From: Octopus bimaculoides
Lineage: Eukaryota
NCBI RefSeq assembly: GCF_001194135.2
Contig: NC_068987.1
Coordinates: 465 to 64,464, forward strand
Length of the DNA stretch: 64,000 nt
Reading direction: 5' to 3'
Positions 14,588 through 27,179 of the stretch are shown here, in pieces (positions within the stretch are counted from its first letter, which is position 1; each line of letters starts with the position of its first letter). The notes under the pieces were generated by a model. That model searched no databases, was not told the DNA's origin, and was given only the letters and a program-made list of their open reading frames with translations. The translations under genes were made by a program, and so were the position numbers.

Positions 14588-14801
14588 ATTATTTACATTT
14601 GACGGATATTTGTCCTCATCTTGTTTGTTGTTAACACATTTCGGCTGATAAACCCTCCAGCCCTCATCAGGTGTATTGGGGAAATTTCGAACCTGGGTTC
14701 TAATTCCGAAGGCACGTGATGAAGGCTGGAGGGTATATCAGCCGAAACGTTGTGTTAGCAACAAACAAGATGAGGACAAATATCCATCAAATGTAAATAA
14801 T
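14588..14801. mobile_element. Palindromic Penelope-type mini-element with two inverted, decayed hammerhead motifs
   Basis: Arms ~14588-14675 and ~14712-14801 are reverse complements with few mismatches; each carries (C)TGATGA-N-GGCTG...CAGCC-GAA(ACGT). Confidence 0.75.
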
Positions 14802-17679
14802 GTAGTAGTAATGATAGTTGGGTACTTTTTTTGTTATTTCACCCGCATTAAAAGATGGGATTATCTCCCCACTAAAACCTTGGGTTATCTCCCATATGTT
14901 GAGTGAGCTTTATATAGGTTTATCTTATTAATTTCTCTTGAAATTAACTTACATTTAGGACATTGTAAGAACTAATTTAAATCTTAATAAATATTATCTT
15001 TTTGAGAAAGCTTTTTCGAAGATAGTTCAGTCGGGAAGAGTCCATTTGCAAACGCACATACACACATAAGAGGAGAAAAAAGCACACCCTGGGAATGTTG
15101 ACCCCCATCCTGCACCCACCCGACTCCCACTTTGCCCCATCCTCCCCCTACAGACACCAACCCTCTGCACACCCCACCAACACAAAGACAAACACACAGG
15201 AGCCTTGAAACCGCCTCTCCACGCCCTATGAGAAAAAGTACGTCACATATGACAGAACAACCAGAGAACATTATGGTGAAATGGAAACATGGGACAAATA
15301 TGGTAAAAGTAAATCCGGATTACCATGGTGATAGAATTGTGTGGTGCCGAACTTGGAACAATTGTCAAGCATAAATGATTATGAATGGTCAAGAAAATTA
15401 GTACCAACCAATTACTAAAGTAGATAGATTATCATGACCTCCATCATAATTATAATATACACATTCTTCAGAAGGATGACGATTAACAGTGTTTTAAAGT
15501 CGTACAAACAGGTTAAAGTCACTCGGAGATGGGGGCCGAGCTACTTCATTTAATTTTTCATCCATTATTTCATTCATTTTTTTTTTTTGTTCCCACCTTG
15601 TATTGTCCCCTCTATGTTGACCCTTGTCGGTAATAAAGAAGTTTTTACATTTATGGTTTACTTAACACTTAGGCACTACAGTTGAGGTCATGTAAGTCGA
15701 AATTTGTTGATAATTATTGCTGGTTTCATGTTTTCTAAACACTTTGTTCTATAGTCTTATGGCAGTTTGTTGACGCTTTCTCCCTTCTTCAAAGGGGGTA
15801 GCATTGGTGTTAAGGATGGAGTATGAAAACCTCAGCCCCTCGGAGCTTGTGTTCTAAGGAGGAAAAACTGAAGTTTGTAAAAATAATGGAGGAACAAATA
15901 CAGAAGAAAAGAAATTGTGTTGCAGTGGCCAGGAGTCGCAGGAACGAAACTGGATTATCAGAACTGAACAACTGTACGAGCATGTTTCGTAGGGAAGGGT
16001 GCGATGTATAGGTGTCCCCTCCCAAAGAAGTTTTAAAAGCAACCAAGGAGAGAACTATCACACACAGGACATACTCTGTAAAAACAAAGAAAATAGAAAT
16101 CATGTCGACCGTCCAAATTAAAAAAGCTTTAAAACCAATCTGGCAAGGGATTTCTTACCTCGCAAGAGGAAGGAAGTTTGGAACGGTGGAGGTGTGCTCC
16201 TGAGTAGCTTGTGCTAGGCTACACCCTGAAAGACGGGGGTGGGGGGAGTTACTTGATCCTAACAACAATGTCAATCTTCTTAAGGTATGAGATGAACTCA
16301 CCCAAGTAGATCACTGGTAATTATTTTCTATCATCCTAACAAAAAATGAAAGACAATACCAGTTTGGCATCAATCCAACTCATAAGGAATTCCCAAACTA
16401 CATGAGGTAAAATAACAAAGATGGTTTTATAGTTTAAACCACTTACTCCTTACAACAGAATATGAAAGTTTAGAGAAATAGCTAACCTTACTTAATATTC
16501 AAATTCAGGAAATTTTAGCCCAAATATTTCTTGTTTACAGCTGTACAAGCAAAGATGTGCAGAATGAGGAATGTTATTTATGTGCAAATATCAATACTTA
16601 GAATAATTTTTTTCACACAACACAAGATAAAAATTGCTTATGTTGCTAAGTTGCTTCAGATATTACAAATAAAGTATCACACACACATGTTTTTGTTCAA
16701 AAACAGTATCAGGTCTTTTGACAGCAATCAGTGACTGGGAAACCATTCTCCAGGGCCATTTGATTTGCTTACTAATCAACTGACTGATTACATATGTTTG
16801 CAGAATATCAATCATCATTAAAATTCAATACCACATTATCCTACTATATTCATTTCATTAACAACTTAATAACCTCTAAAATTTAGTTTAAAATTATAGA
16901 ACTTCAAAGTTAAATAATTAGTAAAGACCAATTTAGAGTAACTCCTAATATACATAGATCAAGTTAAGGAATTCCTAAGTTTATGGTTGAATCAGCACAA
17001 ATTTTCATCAGATATTCAACATAAAAAAAAAAGAGGAAAACAATAATTTGAGAACAATTCAGGTTTATTAACATTTCAGGTTGTTAAGAATGTTTACAAA
17101 GGAGTAACGAGACCAGAACTTGAGACTTTGGTCATCACAGATGAACAGGAAAAAAGATTCAAGAAACTGTAGCGATATCATATATAAGAGACGTACAACA
17201 CATGCCAGCAAGCACAACATTGGTGATGATTCACAAATTATATTACAATGTATTTAAATTAAACTTAAGGCTACAGTGAGACAAATTAACAATCACAATC
17301 AAACCATAAAGAAATAATTAAAAAACATATCTTGCTAGCCACAGAATAATTTGCCTTGATGGGACACCTAATAAAAATAAACCCAGATACAAGAAAGTTT
17401 GCAGAACACACAGATATATACATCGATCCTATTATGGAATGAGGAAATATTGGCTTATGATTTGTTACTTATACATTAATGAGGTTATTTGAGATTACAT
17501 TTCATAATGGTAATTGGCAAACCAATAGTATCTTATGCAAATGGGCTAAATGCACTTTAAACATGTATTCCATAGATGTAGTTAAGATTAATATGACATG
17601 TTGGGAGATTATCCTCACATTGTTACAGCTTGTCTATCTACACACGTTTATATTATGGTTACATATTAGGGCTCTTAGG

Positions 17680-17860
17680 TACAGGTGTGGCTGTAGGGCT
17701 ATGAAGTTTGCACCCCAACCACAGGGTTTTGGGTTTAGCCCCACTGCATAGTATCTTGGGCAAGTGCATTCTACTTGTCCTAGGCTGACCAAAAACTTTG
17801 TGAGTTGATCTAGCAAATGAAAACTGACAGAAGCCCATTATATATGTTATGTGTGTATGC
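17680..17860 (+). mobile_element. tRNA-derived SINE
   Basis: GTGGCTGT...GGTTTAGCCCCACTGCATAGTATCTTGGGCAAGTG...; same family at 48370-48540 (+) and ~11950-12060, 12490-12630, 56270-56370 (-). Confidence 0.75.
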
Positions 17861-17885
17861 GTGTGTGTGAGTGTAAATATACATA

Positions 17886-19196
17886 GATGGTCATCTCATA
17901 AGTAATGTCGTTTTTCAGACTGTACATGAAAATGGAGGTCATGGAAGAGCACATTAGACATGTCATGGCAATTATGCAACAAATACTGTAATAAACGTGC
18001 AAAAAGTGTATGGTGAAGGTATTTTGAATATTCACAAGTGCCAACAATGGTTCCATAAATTTCAACAAGAGGACTTTAGCTTGGAAGATGCCTGTCACAC
18101 TGGCCAGTGTCTCTTTTCATAATGATGTGTTGAAAGCTGCTACTGGAAGAAATCCACATGCAACTGTTGAGGAGTTAGCAGAAAAGATTATTTCAATGGC
18201 ATCAACTGTCCATTGTCACTTTCAAGAACTTGGAATAGTGTCTAAGCTTGGTAAAAGTGGGCTTCACAAGAACTGGGTGAAAACAATCAGAGAGAATGTG
18301 TCAATATCTGTACTGCTCTTTATTTTTTGAACTACCTAGTGACTGGTGATCAAAAGTGGATACTCTTTAGTATCGCCAAAATCAATCGGTCCAACCAGAA
18401 CAAACAACATCATCATCATCATTGTTTAACGTCTGCTTTCCATGCTGGCATGGGTTGAACAGTTTGACTGAGGACTGGAGAGCCAGATGGCTGCACCAGG
18501 CTCCAATCTGATCTGGCAGAGTTTCTACAGCTGGATGCCCTTCCTAATGCCAACCACTCCCAGAGTGTAGTGAGTGCTTTTACATGCCACCTGCACGAGG
18601 GCCAGTCAGGCGGTACTGGCAACGACCTCGCTTGAATGTTGTCTTTCACGTGCCACTGGCACTCGGTAAGTTTTGATAAGTGTTTGATGCAATACACTTT
18701 GAAACCTTACAACAAAACTAGACAATTACAGCTCAAGTGTAATGTTGTAATGTAAGTAAATTGATGAGATGAATGAAAAAAAAAACTAACAGAGAAAAGG
18801 TGTCCTTCTAGTCAACTGAAAAGGTGTCCTTTTCCATCATGACTATGTCAGATCTCACAACCTGTACCAAGATTGAAGAGCTAGGCTGGGAAAGGCTTCT
18901 ACATCTTCCATATCCTCCTGCCCTTGCTCCTTCAGATTATCATTTATTCCAAATCTTGCAAAATTTTCATGATGGAAAAGAATACAATTCCTTAAAGGCA
19001 CTTGAAATGGACCTTCGAGAGTTTTTCTCTTCTCAGACAGCTGATTTCTATACAAATAGCATAAAAAACATTTTATAGCATTGAAAAAATGTTATTGATT
19101 CTGATGGGGAATATATAGTTGATTAAATTGGTAGCTTACTTGCTTTTTATTTCTTAAAAGCCTACTACAAAAAATGACATTACTTATGGGAGGACC

Positions 19197-19199
<3 letters not shown>
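17886..19199 (+). mobile_element. Decayed mariner (DD34D) transposon interrupted by a SINE
   Basis: TIRs ATGGTCATCTCATAAGTAATGTCGTTTTT (17887-) and its near-complement AAAAAATGACATTACTTATGGGAGGACCAGA (-19199), TA on both flanks; transposase remnant HLPYPPALAPSDYHLF; SINE tail at ~18410-18660. Confidence 0.88.
18410..18660 (-). mobile_element. SINE nested in the mariner element
   Basis: CATCATCATC...TTTCTACAGCTGGATGCCCTTCCTAATGCCAACCAC module splits the transposase remnant. Confidence 0.8.
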
Positions 19200-19246
<47 letters not shown>

Positions 19247-19649
19247 CCACCCAATTCTTAGATACATTCAACTGTACATGAGGCAGTGGGAATAGCAACA
19301 TTATTGATAGTGTGTGAATGCAGAGATGCCTGATTGGCTGAAATATGAAATAGAATCAGCAGATGCATAATAAACATTATCAACCGTATCATATATTTAA
19401 CGTATACACTATGTTTACTTGCTGTTAGTTTGCAATTTGGCATTGTGGAGATCAATCCGCCAAAACACCCTGTATTAAAACACCTGAAAGTCATAGACAA
19501 GCATGACGCCACCATCACTTTGAGGGAGTAATCACCACCACACCAATTCACAGCCTACTAGCAAACACACATGGAATAAGCATTAAGCATGTGCAGTCAA
19601 TAACGTTTATTATACTTGCACCACATCTATTTCATATTTAAATTTATTC

Positions 19650-20640
19650 TTATGTATGCATTATAGAATGTCTACCCAAGATACAACTTCTTTGCCCCAG
19701 CCAATGGATCAAGGTGTGGCAGCTGACTTCAAGGCATATTATGAGAACTTTCAAACAACTTCTGAAAGCAATTCACAGGAAGGATAAACTTACAGTTAGA
19801 GACTTCTAGAAGAAATTCAACATGAATACAAGTGAATAATGGCTAAACTTTGAATAGTAAATATGGCCAGATTGTATCCATGACATTAAAAGTTTTCCTC
19901 AAGCATGTATTTCCTCAATACATCAAATTCAAAAAAATATTTTGTACTTAAAAAGGACATAGGATTTGAAGAAGTCGTAGAGGATGATGTAACTGAGTTA
20001 CTAGTGTTCCAGAAAGAAAGTTTATCTAATGAGGAGTTGATGTGAGAAAAAAGACAAACTGGGAATACAGATGAGACAAAGTTTCACCATTGCCATTTAA
20101 ATTGTTTAATGAGTTGACACTTGAGAAGAATCTGCAGCTTTTTGCTGCTAATGGTCCTAATTGTGGATGTAATATAAAAATTACAAGAAGAGTAGACAAT
20201 AAGCTCAGTTCCTATACTGAGCTGTACAAAGAGATGATAAATCATAAACAACAAACAACTTTGGATAAGTTCTTCATCCCTACGATAGTAAATATTGTTC
20301 CTCATCCACCTAGTAATGCTCGTTCTAACACCACCCCTCACACAGTAGCTAACATCTTTTGTGGTAAGAATGTACTCTTATGATACTGATTTATATTAAT
20401 TTCTTAACATATTCCTCTTGAAATGTTTTTGTATTCCTCTGTGTCTGTATTGTATGTGTGTTTAGTAATTGTAATTTTCATGTATAAATGTGATAATGTT
20501 GCTTGTTCTGTTTTCTTCTTTTTTAATTTTGCTAAAAGAAAATCTGTAGGAACACAATCTCAATATATAAATCAAGAGGAAAAATTTGTTATAGCCAAAT
20601 TTTCAGGAATGCATTGCTTCTATAAAGTGAGGGATTCCTG
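19650..20640 (+). mobile_element. Tigger/pogo-like DNA transposon, 3' fragment
   Basis: Remnant PMDQGV..DFKAYY (pogo DDE motif), GFEEV.EDDVTELL, QQTTLDKFF; right end ...GTGAGGGATTCCTG|TA (reverse complement CAGGAATCCCTCAC, Tigger-like) with TA. Confidence 0.75.
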
Positions 20641-21497
20641 TATATAAAAATTTATGTATTAACCTTCCTGATATACCTGAAGAATTGCTGGAATAATACT
20701 GATATGATGTATTATTGCATATCTTCTAGTAAAATGGTACTGAAACAATTGTAGTAGTGTGTAATAGAATGTGTTGCTCACTCCAATCTCTTTGTTAATA
20801 CTTTACATATAGATATGTGTGTGTGTGTTATACTTAGAAGTGATGCACAGTGCCAGAATTTTCAACGCAAGTCTAATATAACAAACTATTTCAAATCCAT
20901 GTAATTGGAGTCAGGAAAGGTTAGTTTGAACTGGCATCAAGGTGTAGAAATTGTAACAATGAAGTCAAACCAAATAATCATACTTTGAAGGCATTTGATA
21001 TGTTTCAAATCTGCATAATATATATTAGAAAATACTTCCCATTACACAAGGCCTTCCTCAGTTAATACACTTCGAAAAGGAAGCTCTTGTGCAAAGGGAT
21101 GTAGCTTCTATTATATATTATGCAGATATAAACACATTAAATGCTTTCAAAATAGTCATTTGGTTTCAAAAGTTATTTGGCTTCATTATTACAATATATA
21201 TATATAAGTGTGTGTTTGTCGCCTTGTCTTGACATTGTGTGATAGTTGTAAATGATGTCAGTCAAACAAGCATCATCATTTATTACCAATATTCAGTGCA
21301 AACAAGACTGGCTTTGCTCTGAAACAAATGATGATTGGTGATGAAGGACATTGGGCCTTAGAAAATCTGTCTCAATAAATTTCATTCAACACTTCAACCT
21401 AGGATGATGATGAAAACATTCCCGACAGAATGGTTTTTCTCATTGATAAGCTTACTTTCATGCACAAGACATTTTTAAGAGAATGATTTACCACAAA

Positions 21498-22928
21498 TCA
21501 GTTATAAGGATTTCTCTTTGTATGAATGAGTTTGTGTTTAGTTAAATCACCATTTTGAGAGAATGATATACAACAGATATGACAGTGATATGATTTCTCT
21601 CCTGTGTGAATATGTATGTGGTTAGTTAAGTTAGATCTTTGAGAAAAAGATTTACCACATATATCACAGCAGTATGGTTTCTCTCCTGTGTGAATGCGTT
21701 TGTGAGCAGTCAAGTCATGATTTCGAGAGAATGATTTACCACAGATATCACAAGAATATGGTTTATCTCCTGTATGTATGCGTATATGAGTAGTTAAATC
21801 ACCATTTCGGGAAAATGATTTACCACAGATATCACAGTGATGTGGCTTCTCCCCTGTATGAATCTGTATGTGGCTTGTTAAAGTAGATCTTTGAGAGAAT
21901 GATTTATCACAGATATCACAGTGATATGGCTTTTCTCCTGTATGAATGCGTTTGTGAGTAGTTAAGACACTTCCCTCAGAGAAAGATTTACCACAAATAT
22001 CACAGCAATATGGCTTTTCTCCTGTGTGAACACGTTTGTGAGTTGTCAAGTCATGATTTCGAGAGAATGATTTACTGCAGACATCACAAGAATATGGTTT
22101 GTCCCCTGTATGAATGCGTGTGTGAATAGTTAAGTCACCATTTCCAGAGAATGACTTACCACAGATATCGCAGTGGTATGGCTTCTCACCTGTATGAATG
22201 CGTATATGAGTAGTTAAGTCACCATTTCGAAAGAATGCTTTACCACAGATTTCACAACGACAAGACTTCTCTCCAGTATGAATGTGCTTGTGTTTAGTTA
22301 AATGATAATTTCGATAGAATGATTTTCCACAAATATCACAGTGATATGGTTTCTCTCCTGTATGAGTGTATTTGTGATCTGTTAAGTGCTCATTTCGAGA
22401 GAATGATTTACCACAGATATCACAGTGGAAAGGTTTCTCTCCCGTATGAATGAGTTTGTGTACAGTTAAGTGGTCATTCCGAGAGAACGATTTACCACAG
22501 ACATCACAGCAATATGGCTTCTCTCCCGTGTGAATTCGTTTGTGGCCTGTCAAGCCATTTCTTTGAGCAAACGATTTACCACAGACATCACAGTGGAAAG
22601 GTTTCTCTCCTGTATGAATCTGTTTGTGTATAGTCAATTTACCACTTTGAGAAAACGATTTATCACAAATATCACAGTGATATGGTTTTTCTCCTGTATG
22701 AATACGTTTGTGTATAGTTACATCACCATTTCGAGAGAATGATTTACCACAGACATCACAGTGATATGGCTTCTCTCCAGTATGGATACGTTTATGAGTA
22801 GTTAGGTGGCCTTTTTGAGTGAATGACTTTTTGCATATATCACAGTGGTATGTTTTTCCAATTTCTTTCAGTATTCCATTAGGAAAATCAACTGTTTTAG
22901 GTTGGGTTTTACATAATTTATTTTCCAT
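21498..22928 (-). CDS. Poly-C2H2 zinc-finger protein (ZNF gene 2), 476 aa, 16 fingers
   Basis: Intact ATG-to-stop ORF with 16 CxxC...HxxxH units and TGEKP linkers; candidate acceptor AG at 23261-23262. Confidence 0.95.
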   Translation of the reverse strand: MENKLCKTQPKTVDFPNGILKEIGKTYHCDICKKSFTQKGHLTTHKRIHTGEKPYHCDVCGKSFSRNGDVTIHKRIHTGEKPYHCDICDKSFSQSGKLTIHKQIHTGEKPFHCDVCGKSFAQRNGLTGHKRIHTGEKPYCCDVCGKSFSRNDHLTVHKLIHTGEKPFHCDICGKSFSRNEHLTDHKYTHTGEKPYHCDICGKSFYRNYHLTKHKHIHTGEKSCRCEICGKAFFRNGDLTTHIRIHTGEKPYHCDICGKSFSGNGDLTIHTRIHTGDKPYSCDVCSKSFSRNHDLTTHKRVHTGEKPYCCDICGKSFSEGSVLTTHKRIHTGEKPYHCDICDKSFSQRSTLTSHIQIHTGEKPHHCDICGKSFSRNGDLTTHIRIHTGDKPYSCDICGKSFSRNHDLTAHKRIHTGEKPYCCDICGKSFSQRSNLTNHIHIHTGEKSYHCHICCISFSQNGDLTKHKLIHTKRNPYN

Positions 22929-24075
22929 GATTTTTATTCTCTCACCACAATATACAGATATGTTTTCCCAATATTTTAAACAAATATATGCACTGCAATA
23001 TTTCCATCAACTATAATTTCTTCTCAATATCCAATCTTCAAACTTGTAAATAACCACATATACAAAATTGTCTTGTATATGTTTCAGACAGTAAGGTAGA
23101 GAAATTTTCCCAATGTCATCCAGAGGAAATATTTTATAATTCTACCATAGATTTATATATACGCAACGTGATATTTGTTCTGTGTAACATCTTCTTTTAG
23201 TCTTTAAAACTTTATAAAAACTCATGATGTACTTCAAGTATGCCATTTGCATTAGATTCGCTGAAATAATAGAGAGACATTATAAGATGTAAGTGGCATT
23301 TAAAAAGAGATTCGATATTTTACTACATTCCATCAGGATAAAGTGTAGATAGAAAACATTTATGTGGACAAACTTTACCTTTTAAATGTTGTTAAAATTA
23401 AACCTCACGACAAAATGACAGACTACAACTTTAGTTTCTGTTTTGTTGTAAGTGTTGCAATAAGAAATAACTCGAAGCCATTCCAACTGTGGCTCTCCAA
23501 TCAATACATCGTGTAACATATTTAATCTATATAAAAAGTATTTCATTTTATAAAAATAATAAATGTATAGGATGGATACCTAAAAATATTCTGACAATTT
23601 TGTCAGGACTAAAATATGGTTATTTCACATTATAACAGTTACAGGAACATAATTTTAACAAGTTTTGTTCTAGTAGGGTCATATGAAATATATGCAAGTT
23701 ATTTCGTCGCTTTTGTTTCAGTTTAACGTTTTCTAATACATTAGAAAACAAAAAGAAACATTAATTAAAATCTATTAATTAAAATCTATTGAACACTGAA
23801 CACGAAAATAAGGGAAATTTTTACAATTCTCTTCGAAGATGAATTCTTTTTTTTTTTTTTTTTTTTTTCAATTGTTTTTGATGTTTTGAATGAATCTTGC
23901 ATTCAAATCATTTGGAAATTATAATAATGTAAACATTAACCATTTCTCCTTCTTTGGTAAATTTTGACTTTCAAAGTGAAACAGAAAAAAATATTTATTT
24001 ACCGAAAAAAAAACAATTAACAATAAATATACAAAGGTATTGGTTCTGATAAGAGATAAAAGTGAAGTTATTTAC

Positions 24076-24310
24076 CTGAGAAGTGGAATTTGGTGAATGG
24101 AAACTATAAAATGCCGTCGTCTTCATACAGATCGATTAATAAGTTGTTCGATTATTTATAAACAACGAAGATCAAGAATTCAATGAACGAAAGGAAAACA
24201 GTGAAAGTGATGAAAGCTGCAACGGAAGTTGAAGTTTTGTATTTCTATTGGTCAGTTTAGGGTCATGTGACATAGTTTACACTCACACACACAATCAGGA
24301 GGCGGAGACC
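24076..24310 (-). promoter_or_regulatory. Putative promoter and exon 1 of ZNF gene 2
   Basis: Minus-strand donor GTAAAT (GT at 24074-24075); CGGAAGT 24223-24229; GAAAGTGA motif; ATTGG (CCAAT on the gene's sense strand) nearby; CpG enrichment. Confidence 0.45.
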
Positions 24311-24463
24311 TTGGTTGACGAAACCAGGACCGGATGAAAAGCTCATTAAAACATTTTGGTTACCCCCATTTACATTTAATTCAAAATGAAACAAAACTAA
24401 CAGTTAGATGGAAAATGATGTTTATTTTTGTATACTTTCACTTTATTTATATTTGTAAAGTTT

Positions 24464-24473
24464 NNNNNNNNNN
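24464..24473. other. Assembly gap (10 N)
   Basis: Run of N. Confidence 1.
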
Positions 24474-24699
24474 AAATAGCAAGGTCTTGAGCAGTTCCTC
24501 ACTGTGACCCCTTGAACACTGAAATTATATTTCCGATCATATAAACCACTCCGAATATTATTTTAGCAAATTTAAAGTCATTTTTCATTTTTTGTGCTGC
24601 TCCCTCCCCACTTCCCTTGATGACCTAAGCGTATGCTCAATGGTTAATCCAGCACTGAGTATAACTAGTAAAATATTATCAATAATATATTTTACTACT

Positions 24700-25460
24700 G
24701 TTGCATTACCAGTAAAATATATCAAAAATGCATTTTACATGGTGAAAATATTATCTCGCATTAGGCTGACCACCAAGTTGATGGTGTACCAAACAGTTGT
24801 ACAGCCTGCATGGGCAGTAGCATTACTGACACCTGTGAGACTTGGATGGTTTACAAACACCATGCCAGAAAGCTAAACTGCTTCCACATGAACTAGCTGA
24901 AGAAGCTGTTGAAAGTCATCTGATAAAACAGAGTCTCAGACATAGAGGTCCTCTCTTGAACTGATCTTCCAAGCATTTAGACACTGCTGAAGAAAGGCTA
25001 AGTCAGATGGGCAGATCACCATGTTTGTATTCCTGACATACAACTCCCCAAAAGACTGTTTTACAGTAATCTGGCAGAAGTCAAGTGCATGCAAGGAGAA
25101 TAGAAAAAGTGCTTCAAGAACACACTCAAAGCCTGACTGAAGTTCTTTGAGACCAACCCCAAAACTTGGGAAGCACAAGCATCAGACTGCCCTGCCAGGC
25201 AAAACTGTATCAATAGAGGTGTCACCTCCTAAAGCCAGAACAGGATTGCAGAGGCACAAAGAGAAGGAAAAAAAAAACACAAACAACAGGAGTCCAGACC
25301 TGACTGCTTGCCTTCAGTCCTGGCAGACCACCAGTGCCTGGCCTGTGGCAGAGCCTTGTCTAAGCATGCATTGGGTTGATAGGCCACAGCCAGACTCACC
25401 ATGTCCTATCGTCTTCTGCCATTGATGTCCTTGGTCATCGTTGACAACAGACAAAATAAT
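24700..25460 (+). mobile_element. RTE-BovB-like LINE 3' end, decayed
   Basis: Remnants MVYQ.VV, CETWMVYKHHARKLNCFH..LKKLLKV; 3' end GATGTCCTTGGTCATCGT...; a related 3' end lies at ~41300-41570. Confidence 0.7.
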
Positions 25461-27179
25461 AATTATAATAGATGTCAGTTAAATGCTCAGTCTTGAGTCC
25501 ATTCAAGAAATATTGGCATCTGAGTATCATATTAAATAATTAGATACCATTAATAGGTATAGTACTGTGGAATTCTGAGATAAATCTCTTCATAAACTTG
25601 AGTTAAATACATTATGTCGGAATGAGATGAACATCATCACTTCAGTGGTTCATGAGAAACAAACAGATGTGTTTCAACTTTGCTGAGTTTTTTCAAGACA
25701 ACATGTTTTCTAACAATAGGTATACATTTAGTGTGATACACAATTGGCAATTTTAGCTTAATGCTAACTCAGCTGCATAAAGTGAGTCTTTCTACAGACT
25801 GGCAAGCTCCTGCAATACCAGTGAATGTTTTTTTTGGTGGTGGGGGGGTTTCCTGTATATCAAGATAAAAATCTCATTTAAGTGGGTAAAAATTGAGTGT
25901 TTGGCATCGACAAACCTCAACAAAGGTGAACTGCATTGGTTTTTCTCATGAGTCATGCAGCAACAATGTTCATCTTACTGATATATATTGCATTCTAACA
26001 CAGTTCTATGAAGGGATTTTATCTTCAACAATTCCATGGCATCGTACCTTCTAACAGTGTGTATACATTGCTACAAATGGTGATTTTACTTCACAACAAT
26101 CTCCATTGCAATGCTGCCTCAACAAATTTCATCCAACTCAGGAGAGCATGGGAAAGTGGATGTTAAAACGATGATGATGAGGATGACTGTGTATGTTTGC
26201 GTGTACATTTGTTACATCACATGAATATTGTAAACAAGCATCACCATTACAGAAACAACAAATTTCACTTCTAGTCTTCTATGAAAACCAAGTTTGGCCA
26301 TGAGAAAATATGACCTTGCTTGGAAACAAGCAAGGGTAGGTGAAAGGAAAGGCATCTGGCTATTGAAAATCAATGAAATTCGACTCCTGCAAATATAAAA
26401 AAATGGATGTTAAAATGATAATCAGAAGGAGGAGGAAGAGGAAGAGATCCGGAAGAAACGGTCGATGTGTTGCTATTGTAAATTAATAATGTATTTTTGT
26501 TAAAAACACATTATAACAAGTACATCAGGCCAACAAAATACACAGAAAATAGATAGAATTTTTATTTTTTTGCTTATTCTTTGTGGTGGTGGGGAGTTGT
26601 ATATTATTTCAATACTGTAAGGAGTTTATAAGTCAAAAATGGTCTCTAGTTCTAATCGTAATGTGAATGTTTCTGTGCATTGGTTTATGTTACCTCACAG
26701 AATTAAGCTAAAGTGAGAGAGAGACACAGAGTTTGAGTGTTCTTGCAGTTGCTTGAAGGCAAGCTAATGTGTGGTGGTGAGGAGAGGGGCAATGAATGTG
26801 TATAAATGGCTGGTGAATCTAAGCATTAATTAAGGCAGCTAATCTAATGAAATTGAACTAATGGGTTCTGTTTTATTTTTAATAGGACACTCTAGGGAAT
26901 AGTTCCTTGAGAACTTGGTGAGCTGATAGGCCAGTTGTAGTCAATGAAAAATCTCAAAGTGAATTTGTTAGATTGACTGACTTGTAGAACTGTGGCAGCT
27001 GGCTGCAAAATTTTGTGGCTAGGCTGTGCAATGTTCCCATATAAAACCAAATCACAATATTAAGTTTACAATGACTCACATGTATTTGCATAAAGGTATT
27101 AAAAAGATTACTTGCTGGGAATGTTGAGTTGAATGCCACGAGTGTGTCTATGTGCAAGAGAGATGAGAAAATAAATCTT

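Noticed and set aside
15460-15515. Possible remnant of a Penelope hammerhead (CAGAAGGATGAC...GTCGTAC)
   Set aside because: Both core segments need multiple changes; not distinguishable from chance.
24305-24345. GAAAC...GGATGA near the gene 2 promoter as a permuted hammerhead
   Set aside because: No CUGANGA core, no UH site and no stem I; only a small hairpin.
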